A DNA stretch of 64,000 bases, from contig JAVJQW010000019.1 in the NCBI GenBank assembly GCA_040218735.1, positions 352,001 to 416,000 on the forward strand, given 5' to 3'. A program made the position numbers and the translations under genes. Positions 40,337-50,814 of this stretch are shown in pieces; the stretch's first letter is position 1, and every line of letters begins with the position of its first letter. The notes beneath the pieces are model-generated. The model did no database searches and was not told where the DNA came from. It worked only from the letters and a program-made list of their open reading frames with translations. Origin of the DNA: Deltaproteobacteria bacterium. GTDB lineage: Bacteria > Myxococcota > Kuafuiibacteriia > Kuafuiibacteriales > Kuafuiibacteriaceae.

Positions 40337-43300
40337 ATGACCAACCGCCGTCGTTCAGAGCGCTTCGAGGTCGCGCTGCCCATCTGGCTCAAGGACGGCC
40401 ACGGCGGAGAGCGCACGACGACGGCCGACGTCTCCGCACACGGGATCGCCGTGTTCTCCCCGAAGGCCCGACCGCTCCGTCAGTACATCGAGCTGGAGAT
40501 CGCGTTGCCCGAGCCGCGGGCGAACATCAACGTCACCGCTGTCGTCGCGCGTCATGCGGATCTGATGAACCGTGACACGCGCGCGCAGACCGCGGGGCTC
40601 GGGCTCGACTTCTTCCTGTTCGACGCGAGCGCGAAGTCGCGGTGGAAGGCTTTCCTCGAGAAGCTCCGCGTCGAAGGCACCGGCTTCCTCGAAGAGGCCG
40701 CGGCGGCCGCGCCCGAGGTCGAGGGCGAGCGCGCGCTCCCGCAGATCGCGAAGGCCCCGGTGGAGCTGGAGCTTCCGTCCGATCTCCCCGAGGACGACGA
40801 GACCCCGACCTTCATCATCAAGCCCCGCGACCTCGGTCGCCTGTGGGCGTTCTACCGCGGCGAGCTCGCGAAGGGGCGCGTGCGCATCGAGACGCCCGTC
40901 GCGCAGGAGGACGGCACCGAGGTCGAGCTCCTCGTCGTGCACCCCGGGTCGCACGCGGAGTGGATCCTCGAAGGGTACGTCGCCGAGACCAAGTCGAAGG
41001 CCGAGCGCGGCAAGCGACCGATCATCGAGATCAACCTGGTCGCCGTGACGTCGGAGTTGAAGACCGCGTTCCGAAACTTCGTCGCGACCGGCCGCGGCAT
41101 GATCGAAGAGGACGTCGAGATCGGCGACGAGCCTTCGCGCTCCACCGAGCCGCCGCGTCTGGAGTCGGTGGTGATCGATCTCGACGCGCTCGACGACAGC
41201 AGCGTCGATCTCCCCACCGGCATTCCGAACCCGCCGCCGCCGTTGCCGGAGTCGACGACGGACGACCTCCCGGAGATCGTCGACGACGAGCCGCTCACGC
41301 CCACCGGCCTGGCGACGACGCCGGAGCCGGACATCGTGGCGGAGCGCGTCGATCCGGACTCGCTGTCGGACATCGCGGCCCCGGAGCCGATCCCGCTCGT
41401 GACGCGGCGACCGTCGCTGCAGATCGTGGATCCGGCCGCGACGAACCAGCAGCGCCCGCAGCGCCCCGAAGAGATCGACGCCCGCCCGCTCGACGGACCG
41501 ACCGAAGAAGATCTCGACGCCGAAGAAGAGCTCGCGGCGGAGCCGCCGCGTCCCAAGACGGACGACCTCGTCGTCGCCGAGCCGGACACCGACGCACCCG
41601 GCGCTTCGACGGAGCCGCCGCGCGGCGTCGACGACACGGACACCTCCCCGAAGGCGCCGTCGTCGCTGCTCGCCGCGCGGAGTGTCGACGATACGGACAC
41701 GTCGCCGAAGGCGTCCGAGCTCGCGCCGGGCCAACCGCGGATCGTCGACACGTCCGCGCACGCCGTCGCGGACGCGGACGAGATCACGTCACCGAAGACG
41801 CCGTCGTCGCGCGTGTCGGCGCGCGACCTCGACCAGACGGAGGCGTCGCCGAAGACGCCGGTGGCCCGCGAAGACCTCGACCCCACGGACACGTCGCCGA
41901 AGACGCCGTCGTCGCGCGTCACCGCGGAGCAGCCCGGCGAGGAACGCGATCAGGGTACGGTCCGCGGCGGCTCGATCGACGAGGCCGTCCGAGTCGCGCC
42001 GACGACGCGCACGAGCTCCGCGCACCCCGGCACGGCGGCGCCGCCGTCGCCGCCGGATCTGCCGACGCTCGACGAACGTCAGGTCGATGCGCCGTCGTCC
42101 GAAGAGGTCTGGCGCCGCATTCGATCGAACGAGGGTTGGCGCGCGGCGTTCGAGGACGACGAGGACGCGTCGACCGCCGACGAAGAAGAGCCACGAGCCT
42201 CCTTCGACGAGGACGAGGATCCGACGTACACGCAGGCGCCCCCCGCGCCCGAGCCGGCGGGGACGAAGAGTGTGTTTGCTTCGTTCTTCGAAGAGGCCGC
42301 CGCGAGTCAGCTCCCCGAGCCGGCGCCGAGCGACGGACCGCGCGCCGTCGAAGAAGACCGCCCGCCCATCCTCGACATCGGCAGCCACGAGCTCCGGGCG
42401 CTGCGCGAGGAGGTCGACGCGCCCCAGATCGCCGAGCACCGCGCCGCATCCAACGAGGGTCGCAGCGGCAGCGTCGCCCGCGCTGAACCGCCGAGTGCTC
42501 CGAGTGTTTCGAACGCACCGAGCGTCGCCCGCGCGCAGCCGCCGAGCCTCCCGCGCTCCGCCCCGCCGAGCCCTCCGCGTACCGCCCCGCCGAGCCCCCC
42601 GCGCGCCGCCCCGCCGAGCCTCCCGCGCCCCGCCCCGCCGACCGCACCGAGCGTCGCGCGCGCCGATGCGCCGCAGAGAGAACGCGCCGACGCGCCGAAC
42701 GTCGCGCGGGATGCGCCGCGGAACGCACGGGATGACGCACCGCAGGTGATGCGTGCGGCGACGCCCGACGCACGCCGCACCGATCAGCATGACGGCGATG
42801 AAGGGGCGATCCTCCGGCTCCCCACTTCGGCGATCGTGACGGACGGGATCGCGCGCGCGCCGAGCAAGTCGCCGGTGGAGGGGAGCCAGCGCTTCTTCAC
42901 GACCGGAACGAGCTCCGACATCATCGCGGCGCGTTCCGTTCACGCGTCGCCGCCGAAAGCCCCCGTCGTGCAGGGGACGCCGGAGCCGCAACCCGAGGCC
43001 GCGCCGGAGCGCGCGAAGCCGGAGCTCCCGGACTGGGTCGTGCCGCGCAACGAGGCGCTCGCGAATCCGCCGCGCCCGCCGTCTGACATGTTGAAGCCGA
43101 AGCGCCCCGGCGTGAGCACGCCGCGCGGCGCCGGACCGCAGCACGCGCCGCCGAAGAACACGCCGGTGCCGCCCGGCTCGATGTACGACTTCGAGGAGGA
43201 AGAGGCGGAGGACCACGAGCTCCCGGTGAAGCCGGCGCCCTCCGGTCCAAATCAGGTCGCGCCCGCGAACCGCCCGATTCGCCAGAACCGCCCCGCGCGT

Positions 43301-43720
43301 ACGACGCCTCCGCCGCCGCCGCCGAGCGCGCGCCGAGGGCTGCCGCCCGAGGATCGCGAGCACGCTGGACACAAGAACGTGTCCACCGAGAGCGGGAACC
43401 CGGATCTGGATCGCGACATCGGCCTCGCGCGTGCGCGTGTCGTCCGCAGCCCGCACAGCGTGACCGCGTGTTACCGCCTGAGCATGTTGCTCATGCAGCG
43501 CGGCGAAGGGACGCACGTGGGTGAAGCGCTGGAGTCGTTGAAGCGGGTCATGACGCTCGAGCCGAACCACCCCGGCGCGCACCACAAACTCGCCGAGCTG
43601 CTCGCGCGCAAGGGGGACTACGCCCTCGCCGCCGAGCACCTCAGCCGCGCGCGTCGCCTCGGGTATCGAATCGATCCGGACCTGGAGCGAATCGTCACTT
43701 CCGGTGCGAAGAGCACCTGA
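40337..43720 (+). CDS. PilZ-domain protein with long disordered linker and C-terminal TPR
   Basis: ATG at 40337; RRSER and DVSAHG (c-di-GMP-binding RxxxR and DxSxxG); a second PilZ-like beta domain; Pro/acidic repeats; TPR LEPNHPGAHHKLAELL. Confidence 0.8.
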   Translation: MTNRRRSERFEVALPIWLKDGHGGERTTTADVSAHGIAVFSPKARPLRQYIELEIALPEPRANINVTAVVARHADLMNRDTRAQTAGLGLDFFLFDASAKSRWKAFLEKLRVEGTGFLEEAAAAAPEVEGERALPQIAKAPVELELPSDLPEDDETPTFIIKPRDLGRLWAFYRGELAKGRVRIETPVAQEDGTEVELLVVHPGSHAEWILEGYVAETKSKAERGKRPIIEINLVAVTSELKTAFRNFVATGRGMIEEDVEIGDEPSRSTEPPRLESVVIDLDALDDSSVDLPTGIPNPPPPLPESTTDDLPEIVDDEPLTPTGLATTPEPDIVAERVDPDSLSDIAAPEPIPLVTRRPSLQIVDPAATNQQRPQRPEEIDARPLDGPTEEDLDAEEELAAEPPRPKTDDLVVAEPDTDAPGASTEPPRGVDDTDTSPKAPSSLLAARSVDDTDTSPKASELAPGQPRIVDTSAHAVADADEITSPKTPSSRVSARDLDQTEASPKTPVAREDLDPTDTSPKTPSSRVTAEQPGEERDQGTVRGGSIDEAVRVAPTTRTSSAHPGTAAPPSPPDLPTLDERQVDAPSSEEVWRRIRSNEGWRAAFEDDEDASTADEEEPRASFDEDEDPTYTQAPPAPEPAGTKSVFASFFEEAAASQLPEPAPSDGPRAVEEDRPPILDIGSHELRALREEVDAPQIAEHRAASNEGRSGSVARAEPPSAPSVSNAPSVARAQPPSLPRSAPPSPPRTAPPSPPRAAPPSLPRPAPPTAPSVARADAPQRERADAPNVARDAPRNARDDAPQVMRAATPDARRTDQHDGDEGAILRLPTSAIVTDGIARAPSKSPVEGSQRFFTTGTSSDIIAARSVHASPPKAPVVQGTPEPQPEAAPERAKPELPDWVVPRNEALANPPRPPSDMLKPKRPGVSTPRGAGPQHAPPKNTPVPPGSMYDFEEEEAEDHELPVKPAPSGPNQVAPANRPIRQNRPARTTPPPPPPSARRGLPPEDREHAGHKNVSTESGNPDLDRDIGLARARVVRSPHSVTACYRLSMLLMQRGEGTHVGEALESLKRVMTLEPNHPGAHHKLAELLARKGDYALAAEHLSRARRLGYRIDPDLERIVTSGAKST

Positions 43721-43784
43721 CCCCTAAGCCTTCGAAGACAAAGGGGACTTGCGCGTACGCCGCGCGCGCACGAGGATATTTTTC

Positions 43785-46058
43785 GTGCGTCGCCCCATCG
43801 TGTTGATCGGCCTCGCCGTCGTGGCTTGCAAGAGCGAAGTCACGACGACGTCGCCCGGGCCGGAGTTCGTTGCCGCCCCGCAGCCGTACCAACCCCCGCA
43901 GAACTGCGCGCCCTGCCACCAGCGCCAGTTCGACGAGACCCAGCAGAGCGTCATGTCCGGCTACCGCTCGGTCAGCCCGCTGATGAACTCCCTCGAGCTT
44001 GCAGGCAACTTCGCCGCGCAGGCGGCGCTCGAGGACGGCGCCATCGGCAACAACCTACGCCCGGTCTATCCGCAGGAGGGTGAAGAGGGCGGCACGAACG
44101 TGCTCAACAGCGTCCCGCCGACGGGCGGCGATCAGATCCGCTCCGCGTTCTGCATCGGGTGCCACGCGTCGGCCGCGGTGCTCGTCGGCGACGACCCGGA
44201 CCGCCGCGAGATTCCGGAGTGGCAGGGCGTGCTCGAGCCCGAGGATCCCAACTGCACGCAGACATCGACCGTCGCGTGTTTCCGTCGCATCACGAACGTG
44301 CGTCCGCTGCGCGACTATCACCTCGTCGACGCCAACGGCGAGCAGGTGCTCCCGGAGGTCCCGGGCGGTCCGCCGCCGGCCGGCTCCGGCCCGTCGCTCG
44401 GCGCGCATGCGATCACCTGCGACGTCTGCCACAACGTGCAGGGCCCCGCGTTCGAGCGCAGCCTCGCGAAGGACGGCTTCGCGAACAACGCGCTGGAGTA
44501 CGACGCCACGTATCTGAAGGTCGGTCCGTTCGCGGACGCGCGACCGGCGGGGCCGTTCGGCGAAGAGGGCGTCGCGTTCCACGAGTCGAGCTCGGACCCG
44601 GCGAAGATCGACTTCTTGCGCAGCTCGGAGTTCTGCATCGCGTGTCACGACGTGCGGGTGCCGAGCGGTAACGTCATCGCGCCGGAGGACGAGACGCTCC
44701 CGTACTTCCGCCTCGAGAACCTCGGCACGGAGTGGAGCCAGCAGGCGTACGCCGACCCGGAGGCGAACCCGTTCGGGCAGGTCGTGCGCTGTCAGGACTG
44801 CCACATGTCGCTGTACCCGTACACGGACGACGCGACGTACCAGGTCGTCGACGAGACCACCGGCGACACCCTCACCGTGACGGGTCCGACGCCCGGAGTG
44901 TTCGCGATGGGCAAGGCCGCGGTGGGGATCGACGATCCGACGGGCCGCGGCATCGAGCTGCCGGACCGCCCGATCGTCACGCACCAGTTCACCGGAGTGG
45001 ACGTACCGCTGCTGTCGGACGAAGAGCTGCGCGCGCGGCTCGGTCCCGATCGCCCCGACACGTACCGCGAGGGGGAGGACGAGTTCGGCGTCCCGCACTC
45101 ACTCGAGACGCGGCGCAAGGATCTGCTCGACGCGAGTGTGCGCATCGATCTGTCGCGCACGGATGCGTCGGCGACGTTCGGCGAGCCCTTCGACGTGCGG
45201 GTCACGGCGGTCGCGCTGACCGGGCACAACTTCCCGTCCGGCTTCTCGCAGGAGCGGACGACGTGGATCGAGCTGACGGTGAGCGCGCCGGACGCGAACG
45301 GCGACGACTTCGTGCTCTACCAATCCGGTTACCTCACGGACAAAGCGCACCCGGAGACGGGTGAGCTGACGCCGGACGGCAACCTCGACGATGAGGACCT
45401 CGGACACCTCCTCGTGACGATCAACCCGTTCACCCACGACAACGAGATCTTCGAGCGCGGTCCGGACGCCGGGCCGCTCGCGCGCATCTTCGAGGGCGAG
45501 GCGACGGGGCTCGTGTTGTTCCGCAACGAGCTGATTCGTTTGTACGGACCGGAGATGTTCAACGATGCGCCGACCGGCATCCCGGCGTCGAACCGGCGGC
45601 ACCCGCGCACCGGGGAGCTGCTGACTCAGATCGTCGAGGAAGAGACGTTCTCCGCCGGCTTGGCGAACGCGGTCGACAACTGGCGCGCGCTGCAGCCGCT
45701 CGTGCCGCGGACGTACCGCTACGAGGTGATGCTGCCGACGCGCGCGAAGCTCGCGTCGCTTGGTGTCGACATCGTGGGGCCGATCAAGGTGCAGGCGAAG
45801 GTGCACTTCCAGCACTTCCCGCCGCTGTTCATGCGCTTCCTCGCGCGCACGTCCGGGTCGGTGCCGTACCAGCTGCCGCCGACGGACGCGCGGGTCGCGG
45901 GCTTCGACGTCGCGCGGTTCGGTTACCAGGGCGCCGAGGGTCGCCGCGGTCCGGCCGACCACGACTTCACTTTGATGGACGAGGCGCGGATCGACCGCCA
46001 CCTGAAGATCGTGCGGGACATCGCGACCGCCGAAACCATGGTCTCGGTGACCCCGTGA
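43785..46058 (+). CDS. Multiheme (5 CxxCH) c-type cytochrome lipoprotein
   Basis: CAPCH, CIGCH, CDVCH, CIACH and CQDCH; lipobox LAVVAC; GHNFPSG. Start uncertain (GTG 43785). Confidence 0.88.
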   Translation: MRRPIVLIGLAVVACKSEVTTTSPGPEFVAAPQPYQPPQNCAPCHQRQFDETQQSVMSGYRSVSPLMNSLELAGNFAAQAALEDGAIGNNLRPVYPQEGEEGGTNVLNSVPPTGGDQIRSAFCIGCHASAAVLVGDDPDRREIPEWQGVLEPEDPNCTQTSTVACFRRITNVRPLRDYHLVDANGEQVLPEVPGGPPPAGSGPSLGAHAITCDVCHNVQGPAFERSLAKDGFANNALEYDATYLKVGPFADARPAGPFGEEGVAFHESSSDPAKIDFLRSSEFCIACHDVRVPSGNVIAPEDETLPYFRLENLGTEWSQQAYADPEANPFGQVVRCQDCHMSLYPYTDDATYQVVDETTGDTLTVTGPTPGVFAMGKAAVGIDDPTGRGIELPDRPIVTHQFTGVDVPLLSDEELRARLGPDRPDTYREGEDEFGVPHSLETRRKDLLDASVRIDLSRTDASATFGEPFDVRVTAVALTGHNFPSGFSQERTTWIELTVSAPDANGDDFVLYQSGYLTDKAHPETGELTPDGNLDDEDLGHLLVTINPFTHDNEIFERGPDAGPLARIFEGEATGLVLFRNELIRLYGPEMFNDAPTGIPASNRRHPRTGELLTQIVEEETFSAGLANAVDNWRALQPLVPRTYRYEVMLPTRAKLASLGVDIVGPIKVQAKVHFQHFPPLFMRFLARTSGSVPYQLPPTDARVAGFDVARFGYQGAEGRRGPADHDFTLMDEARIDRHLKIVRDIATAETMVSVTP

Positions 46059-46765
46059 GGACGACGATGAAACGCGCACTCATCATCCTGCTGTTCGCTC
46101 CCGCCGTCGCGACGGCGCAGGAGCCGTACTACTCCGGCGTCGACAGCATCGGCGCGAAGCCGATCGCGCAGCGCGAAAAGCCGGCGTTGTTCTTCGAGGC
46201 GAAGGTGCACTGGCCCTCGCTGAAGATCGATCAGCCGCGCAGCGCGTGGGAGTTCGCGCAGCGCGGGATGTACCGGCAGGACGACCTCGAGGACGTCGCC
46301 GCGGCCGAGGCGGACTACCGCGAGGCGATCGGACTGGACGGGCACCTCCTCATCGCGCGCGCGCGGCTCGGGACGATTCTACTGAAGCGAGCGCGGACGG
46401 AGACGTCGACCACGACGCGGCTGTACCAGACCGCCGAGGCGGTCGCGCAGTTCGACGAGGTGCTGCACGAGCAGCCATTCAGGCCGGGGATGCACAAGAA
46501 GATCGCGCAGGCGTACGTGATCGAGTACGAGACCACCGGCGACGGCGTGAAGGCCGACATGGCGGTCACCGCGTACCGCGCCGAGCTCGCGCAGGCGCCG
46601 CGCAACCAGTCGGTGCACTTCGAGCTCGCGTTTCTACTGAATGGACTCGGGCGTAGCACCGAGGCGCGCGAGCACATCGACCGGTACCTCGCGCTGGCCG
46701 CGGTGCACGGGGATCCGTACCCGTACAAGATCCTCGAGGCCGAACAGCTGCGTCAGGGCCTCTGA
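46055..46765 (+). CDS. Exported TPR protein
   Basis: Signal MKRALIILLFAPAVATA and TPR-like helices; overlaps the cytochrome stop. Confidence 0.7.
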   Translation: MRTTMKRALIILLFAPAVATAQEPYYSGVDSIGAKPIAQREKPALFFEAKVHWPSLKIDQPRSAWEFAQRGMYRQDDLEDVAAAEADYREAIGLDGHLLIARARLGTILLKRARTETSTTTRLYQTAEAVAQFDEVLHEQPFRPGMHKKIAQAYVIEYETTGDGVKADMAVTAYRAELAQAPRNQSVHFELAFLLNGLGRSTEAREHIDRYLALAAVHGDPYPYKILEAEQLRQGL

Positions 46766-46803
46766 GATCGCCAACTCGCCAGCGTGAGTTGTAGGTCGTG
46801 TCG

Positions 46804-47871
46804 ATGCGTCGTCTCGTCCTCGTCTGGCTCCTCGTGAGCGCCTGCGGTGGGGAAGCCGTGGAGGTGCGTGCGGTATCCGACCTCGGCCTGGTCACGCAGG
46901 ACCCCAACATTCGCGGGCGAGACGGCGCGCTCAGCTCGACGGTCTTCGGGCGCTCGGTGTGGACGTTCGGAGACACGGTGTTGGAGGCGCCCGACGCGCG
47001 CGGGGAGAACTGGCACCACAACTCCTACGCGACGGGCTCGAAGGACGGCTTCACGCTGACGGACCCCGTCGACGCTTCGGGCGCGCCGAGGTACGTGTTG
47101 CCGCCGACCCTCGCGGAGCAGACGTTCATCGATGCCCACGCGGGTGATGACTGCGAGGTCGAGCCGTGCCGCGCGCGCTACGCGGCGTGGCCGGGGCGCG
47201 CGGTCGAGCTCCCCGACGGCGACGCGGTGGTGTTCTACGAGCTGATCTACGCCGAGCCGGGGGAGTTCAGCTTCGAGGGCGTCGGCTCGTCGCTCGCGCG
47301 TTGGCGTGACTACGACGCGCCGGCGGAGCGGCTCTGGGTCGATCGTGTCGAGGGACACCCGGACCTGTTGTGGACGGCCGACGAAGGGCCCTGGCTGCAC
47401 GCGCCGGTGGTGGAGGGTGACTTCCTCCACGTCTTCTCTTGCCCCGTCTCGCTCGGGACACACGCGTGTCGCCTCGCGCGGGCGCCGCTCGATCACTTCG
47501 AGGCGTTCGAGGACTGGCGGTACTTCGACGGGGACCAGTGGGTCGCCAACCCCGGCGACGCGAAGGACCTCTTCGACGCCGGTTCGATTCTGGAGGTCGC
47601 CTACGACGAGACGCTCGACGCGTGGCTCGCGATCTACTCGGCGCCGTTCTCCCACGACGTGAAGGCCCGGACCGCCCCGTCCCTCACGGGCCCGTGGTCG
47701 GACGCGACGACGTTGTTCGAGGCCCCCGAGGACCACGCGCCCTACGACGCCGTGCACCACCCGGAGTGGTCGGACGGCGCGGCGCACTACGTGACGTACT
47801 CGACGCCGACGGAGGCGTTCCTCGGGAGCGAGCTGAGGCTGTGGCGGGTGGAGCTGGGGCCCGTCCCGTAG
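46804..47871 (+). CDS. DUF4185-like beta-propeller lipoprotein
   Basis: Lipobox LVSAC; GRDG, WTFGDT, LARAP...WRYFDG and RTAPSLTGPWS motifs. Confidence 0.7.
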   Translation: MRRLVLVWLLVSACGGEAVEVRAVSDLGLVTQDPNIRGRDGALSSTVFGRSVWTFGDTVLEAPDARGENWHHNSYATGSKDGFTLTDPVDASGAPRYVLPPTLAEQTFIDAHAGDDCEVEPCRARYAAWPGRAVELPDGDAVVFYELIYAEPGEFSFEGVGSSLARWRDYDAPAERLWVDRVEGHPDLLWTADEGPWLHAPVVEGDFLHVFSCPVSLGTHACRLARAPLDHFEAFEDWRYFDGDQWVANPGDAKDLFDAGSILEVAYDETLDAWLAIYSAPFSHDVKARTAPSLTGPWSDATTLFEAPEDHAPYDAVHHPEWSDGAAHYVTYSTPTEAFLGSELRLWRVELGPVP

Positions 47872-47909
47872 CCGGCGGAGCACCGGCTACGAGATTCGAG
47901 GCCCGCCGA

Positions 47910-49310
47910 TCAGAAGCTGACTTCGGCGCGCGTCGAGGCGCTCGAGAGGGACTCCTCTTCCAGCGACTCGAAGGCGACGTCGTTCAGGTTCGTGGCGCCA
48001 AAGTCGAGGACCGTGGCTTCGAGGATTCGGCCGCCCGTGAGGGGGTCGTTGATGCCGTCGGGGACGGCGGGGAGCGCGACCGTCGGGTCGGTGCCGCCGA
48101 AGACGACGATGTTCCACAGCGACTTGTCGTCCTCGGCCGTGCGCAGATCCATGATGGTCACCGAGGCGCCCGTCACCGCGCTCGTGCCGACCATGCGGCC
48201 GGTGGCCGTGGGAGCGTTCGGCGGGGAGAGGACGCTGTCGAACGTGAACGACGTGTCGGTGCCGCGCGCGATGGCGAACGCGGTCGACGCGGCGACGTCG
48301 CCGACCTCGTCGTCCGAGAAGAACTGCAGGAGCGCGACGTAGCGCGCGCTCGCGAAGTCACCCGAGAGGGCCGGGCCGTTCCCGGTGCGCATCCCGTTGT
48401 CGAGCGCGCCGCCGGAGAGCGGGACGAGGAGGCCGTCGAGCTCGGCGGCGAACAGCGCGTTGTCGTTGGCGAGCATCGGGAGGTTCGACGCGGTGATCGT
48501 CAGCTCGGTGTCGAGCGCGTTCGACAGCGCGAGGTTCGCGCTCACCGTGGCGCCCGCGGTCAGGGCGGCGTCGGCGATGCCGATGTGCGTGATGTCGAAG
48601 GTCTGCGTGGGGACGTCGAACAGACCGGAGACCGCGAGGATCTTCTCGGCGCGTGTGTCGGCGCGGAGCGCGTAGTCCGTCCACATCGGGAAGGGGTCGT
48701 TGCCGTTGATGACCAGGTTCGTGGGCGTGCCCTCGGGGTCCATCAGCGTCGCGGTGCCGGGGCGCGGCGCCTGCATGAAGTCGGCGAGGTCGTCGCCGAG
48801 CGCCGAGATCTGCGCGACGCGCGCGGCGGTCGCCGAGTTGGCGGGGAGGTTCTCCCAGCCGGTGATCGTGCCGGTCACGGTGCCGACCTGGCCCATCGGG
48901 GGCTCCACGTCGGCGCCGTCGTCGAGGACGATCGTCACGACGGAGGCGTCGAAGCCAAACGCCGAGGAGAACTCGAAGCCGTCCTTGAAGATGTGGACGG
49001 AGACACCCTTGGCGAGCGCGGCGTCGTTGAAGTCGACGCGCCCTTCGGCGTCCGTGCGTGCGGAGAGGTCGACGCCGTCGGCGACGAGCACGGTCGCGTC
49101 GGCGATGGGTGCGTCGTCTTCGTCGAGGACGAAGATCGTGAGCACGCCGTCGATGCTTCCGCCGGCGGTGCCGCCGCCCGCGATCGGGTCTACGTTGCGC
49201 GGCTGCGGTGTGTTGTTCGTGTTGTCGTCACCGCCGTCGTCGTCGCCGCCGCCCGTGCAGGCGACGAAACCGGAAGCGAACAGGGCAAGACCTAGAGCAC
49301 GGAGCTTCAT
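47910..49310 (-). CDS. Hypothetical lipoprotein with carboxypeptidase-regulatory-like domain
   Basis: Lipobox FVAC; VLDEDDAPIADATV...RTDAEGRVDF. Confidence 0.7.
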   Translation of the reverse strand: MKLRALGLALFASGFVACTGGGDDDGGDDNTNNTPQPRNVDPIAGGGTAGGSIDGVLTIFVLDEDDAPIADATVLVADGVDLSARTDAEGRVDFNDAALAKGVSVHIFKDGFEFSSAFGFDASVVTIVLDDGADVEPPMGQVGTVTGTITGWENLPANSATAARVAQISALGDDLADFMQAPRPGTATLMDPEGTPTNLVINGNDPFPMWTDYALRADTRAEKILAVSGLFDVPTQTFDITHIGIADAALTAGATVSANLALSNALDTELTITASNLPMLANDNALFAAELDGLLVPLSGGALDNGMRTGNGPALSGDFASARYVALLQFFSDDEVGDVAASTAFAIARGTDTSFTFDSVLSPPNAPTATGRMVGTSAVTGASVTIMDLRTAEDDKSLWNIVVFGGTDPTVALPAVPDGINDPLTGGRILEATVLDFGATNLNDVAFESLEEESLSSASTRAEVSF

Positions 49311-49358
49311 GAGGACTTGATACCGCGACGGCGCCGAGTTGGCGCGATGTGGTCGCTC

Positions 49359-50717
49359 TCACAGGTACTGCAGGAAGAACAGCGATACGAATGTGTAGAT
49401 GGTGACGCCGGAGATGTCGTTGAGCGACGTGATCAGGGGACCGGCCGCGACCGCGGGATCGATGCCGAAGCGCTGAAGGATCGCCGGCTCGGTGGAGCCC
49501 AGGAACGACGCGGTGATCATCGAGAGCCCCAGCGCGACGCCGACGCAGAGGCCGAGCGCGACGCGGCTCTGCCACAACGTGACGATGCCGGTGACGCAGA
49601 CCGCGCAGACGATCGCCATGATCGACGCGACCGCGAGGTCCTTGATGATCTCGCGGCCGAGGTCCTCCTTCTCGATATGCCCGACGGCCATACCGCGGAT
49701 CATGATCATCGCGGACTGGGTCCCGACGTTGCCGCTCATGCCGGTGATGACCGGGACGAACATGAGGAGGATGACCGCGGTCTCGAACACCACGCTCGCG
49801 CGGTGGAGGATCCAGGTCGCGAGCAGCCCGGCGAGGAAGGTCGACCCGAGCCACGGGAGGCGCTGGCCGACGATGCGCGTGATCTTGTCCGAGTAGATGA
49901 CCTCCGGCTCCGCCGCCGTACCCGCCATCTTGAGCATGTCCTCTTCGGCCTCTTCGACGAGGACCTCGTGCACGTCGTCGGCGGTGATACGTCCGATCAG
50001 CCGGCCGTCGTCGTCGACCACGCCGAGCTCGACCAGCGAGTAGTGGTCGAAGATCCGCGCGACCTCCTCCTGGTCGACGTCCGGTTTCACCTCGACGATC
50101 TTCGGCTCCATCACCCGCTCGATTGGCGTGTTGGGTTTGGAGAGGACGAGGTCCTGCAGAGCGAGGTGGCCGCAATAGTGGCCAACGTCGTCGACGACGA
50201 AACAGGAGATGATGTCGATGTCGTCGGCGACCTGTCGGACCTGCTCGAGCGCCGAGCCGATGGTGGAGTCGATCGGGATCGACACCAGCTCGGTCTGCAT
50301 GATGCCGCCCGCGCTCTCCGGGTCGTACGCGAGGAGCTGTTCGACGTCGCCGCGGTCCTCGACCGGGAGCGCCGCGAGCACCTGCGACGCGGTCAGCTCG
50401 TCCAGGTCCTGGATGAGGTCGGCCGCATCGTCCGTCTCCATCTCCGCGAGGATCGGGCGGAGCTCGTCGGGGACGATGAGGCGGAGGATGCGTTCCGCGT
50501 CTTCGCCATCGAGCTCGGAGACGAGGTTGGCGGCGCGCTCGGCGTCGAGGTGGCGGAGGATCGCGACGGCGGTGCGTTCGTCGACGTCCTCGACCAGCTC
50601 CGCGACGTCCGCGGGGTGCAGCAACAACAGGAACGTGCGGAGGTCTTCCTCTCGACCCGGACGGGTCAGCAGCTCGAGCTCGTCGACATCGTCGGTGCTG
50701 CGTCCCGGCTCCGCCAT
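49359..50717 (-). CDS. mgtE: Magnesium transporter MgtE
   Basis: LHPADVA, YDPESAGGIM, a CBS pair, RLPWL, GNVGTQ and DPAVAAGPLITSLND. Confidence 0.96.
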   Translation of the reverse strand: MAEPGRSTDDVDELELLTRPGREEDLRTFLLLLHPADVAELVEDVDERTAVAILRHLDAERAANLVSELDGEDAERILRLIVPDELRPILAEMETDDAADLIQDLDELTASQVLAALPVEDRGDVEQLLAYDPESAGGIMQTELVSIPIDSTIGSALEQVRQVADDIDIISCFVVDDVGHYCGHLALQDLVLSKPNTPIERVMEPKIVEVKPDVDQEEVARIFDHYSLVELGVVDDDGRLIGRITADDVHEVLVEEAEEDMLKMAGTAAEPEVIYSDKITRIVGQRLPWLGSTFLAGLLATWILHRASVVFETAVILLMFVPVITGMSGNVGTQSAMIMIRGMAVGHIEKEDLGREIIKDLAVASIMAIVCAVCVTGIVTLWQSRVALGLCVGVALGLSMITASFLGSTEPAILQRFGIDPAVAAGPLITSLNDISGVTIYTFVSLFFLQYL

Positions 50718-50814
50718 GCGATGGGTGCTACGGGTCCGGCCGGGGGCCGTCAAGCGGGGAGTGCCCGCGAGCAAGTTCCGCCTTTTTACCGAAAGCGTGG
50801 TAATCCAACACGCT

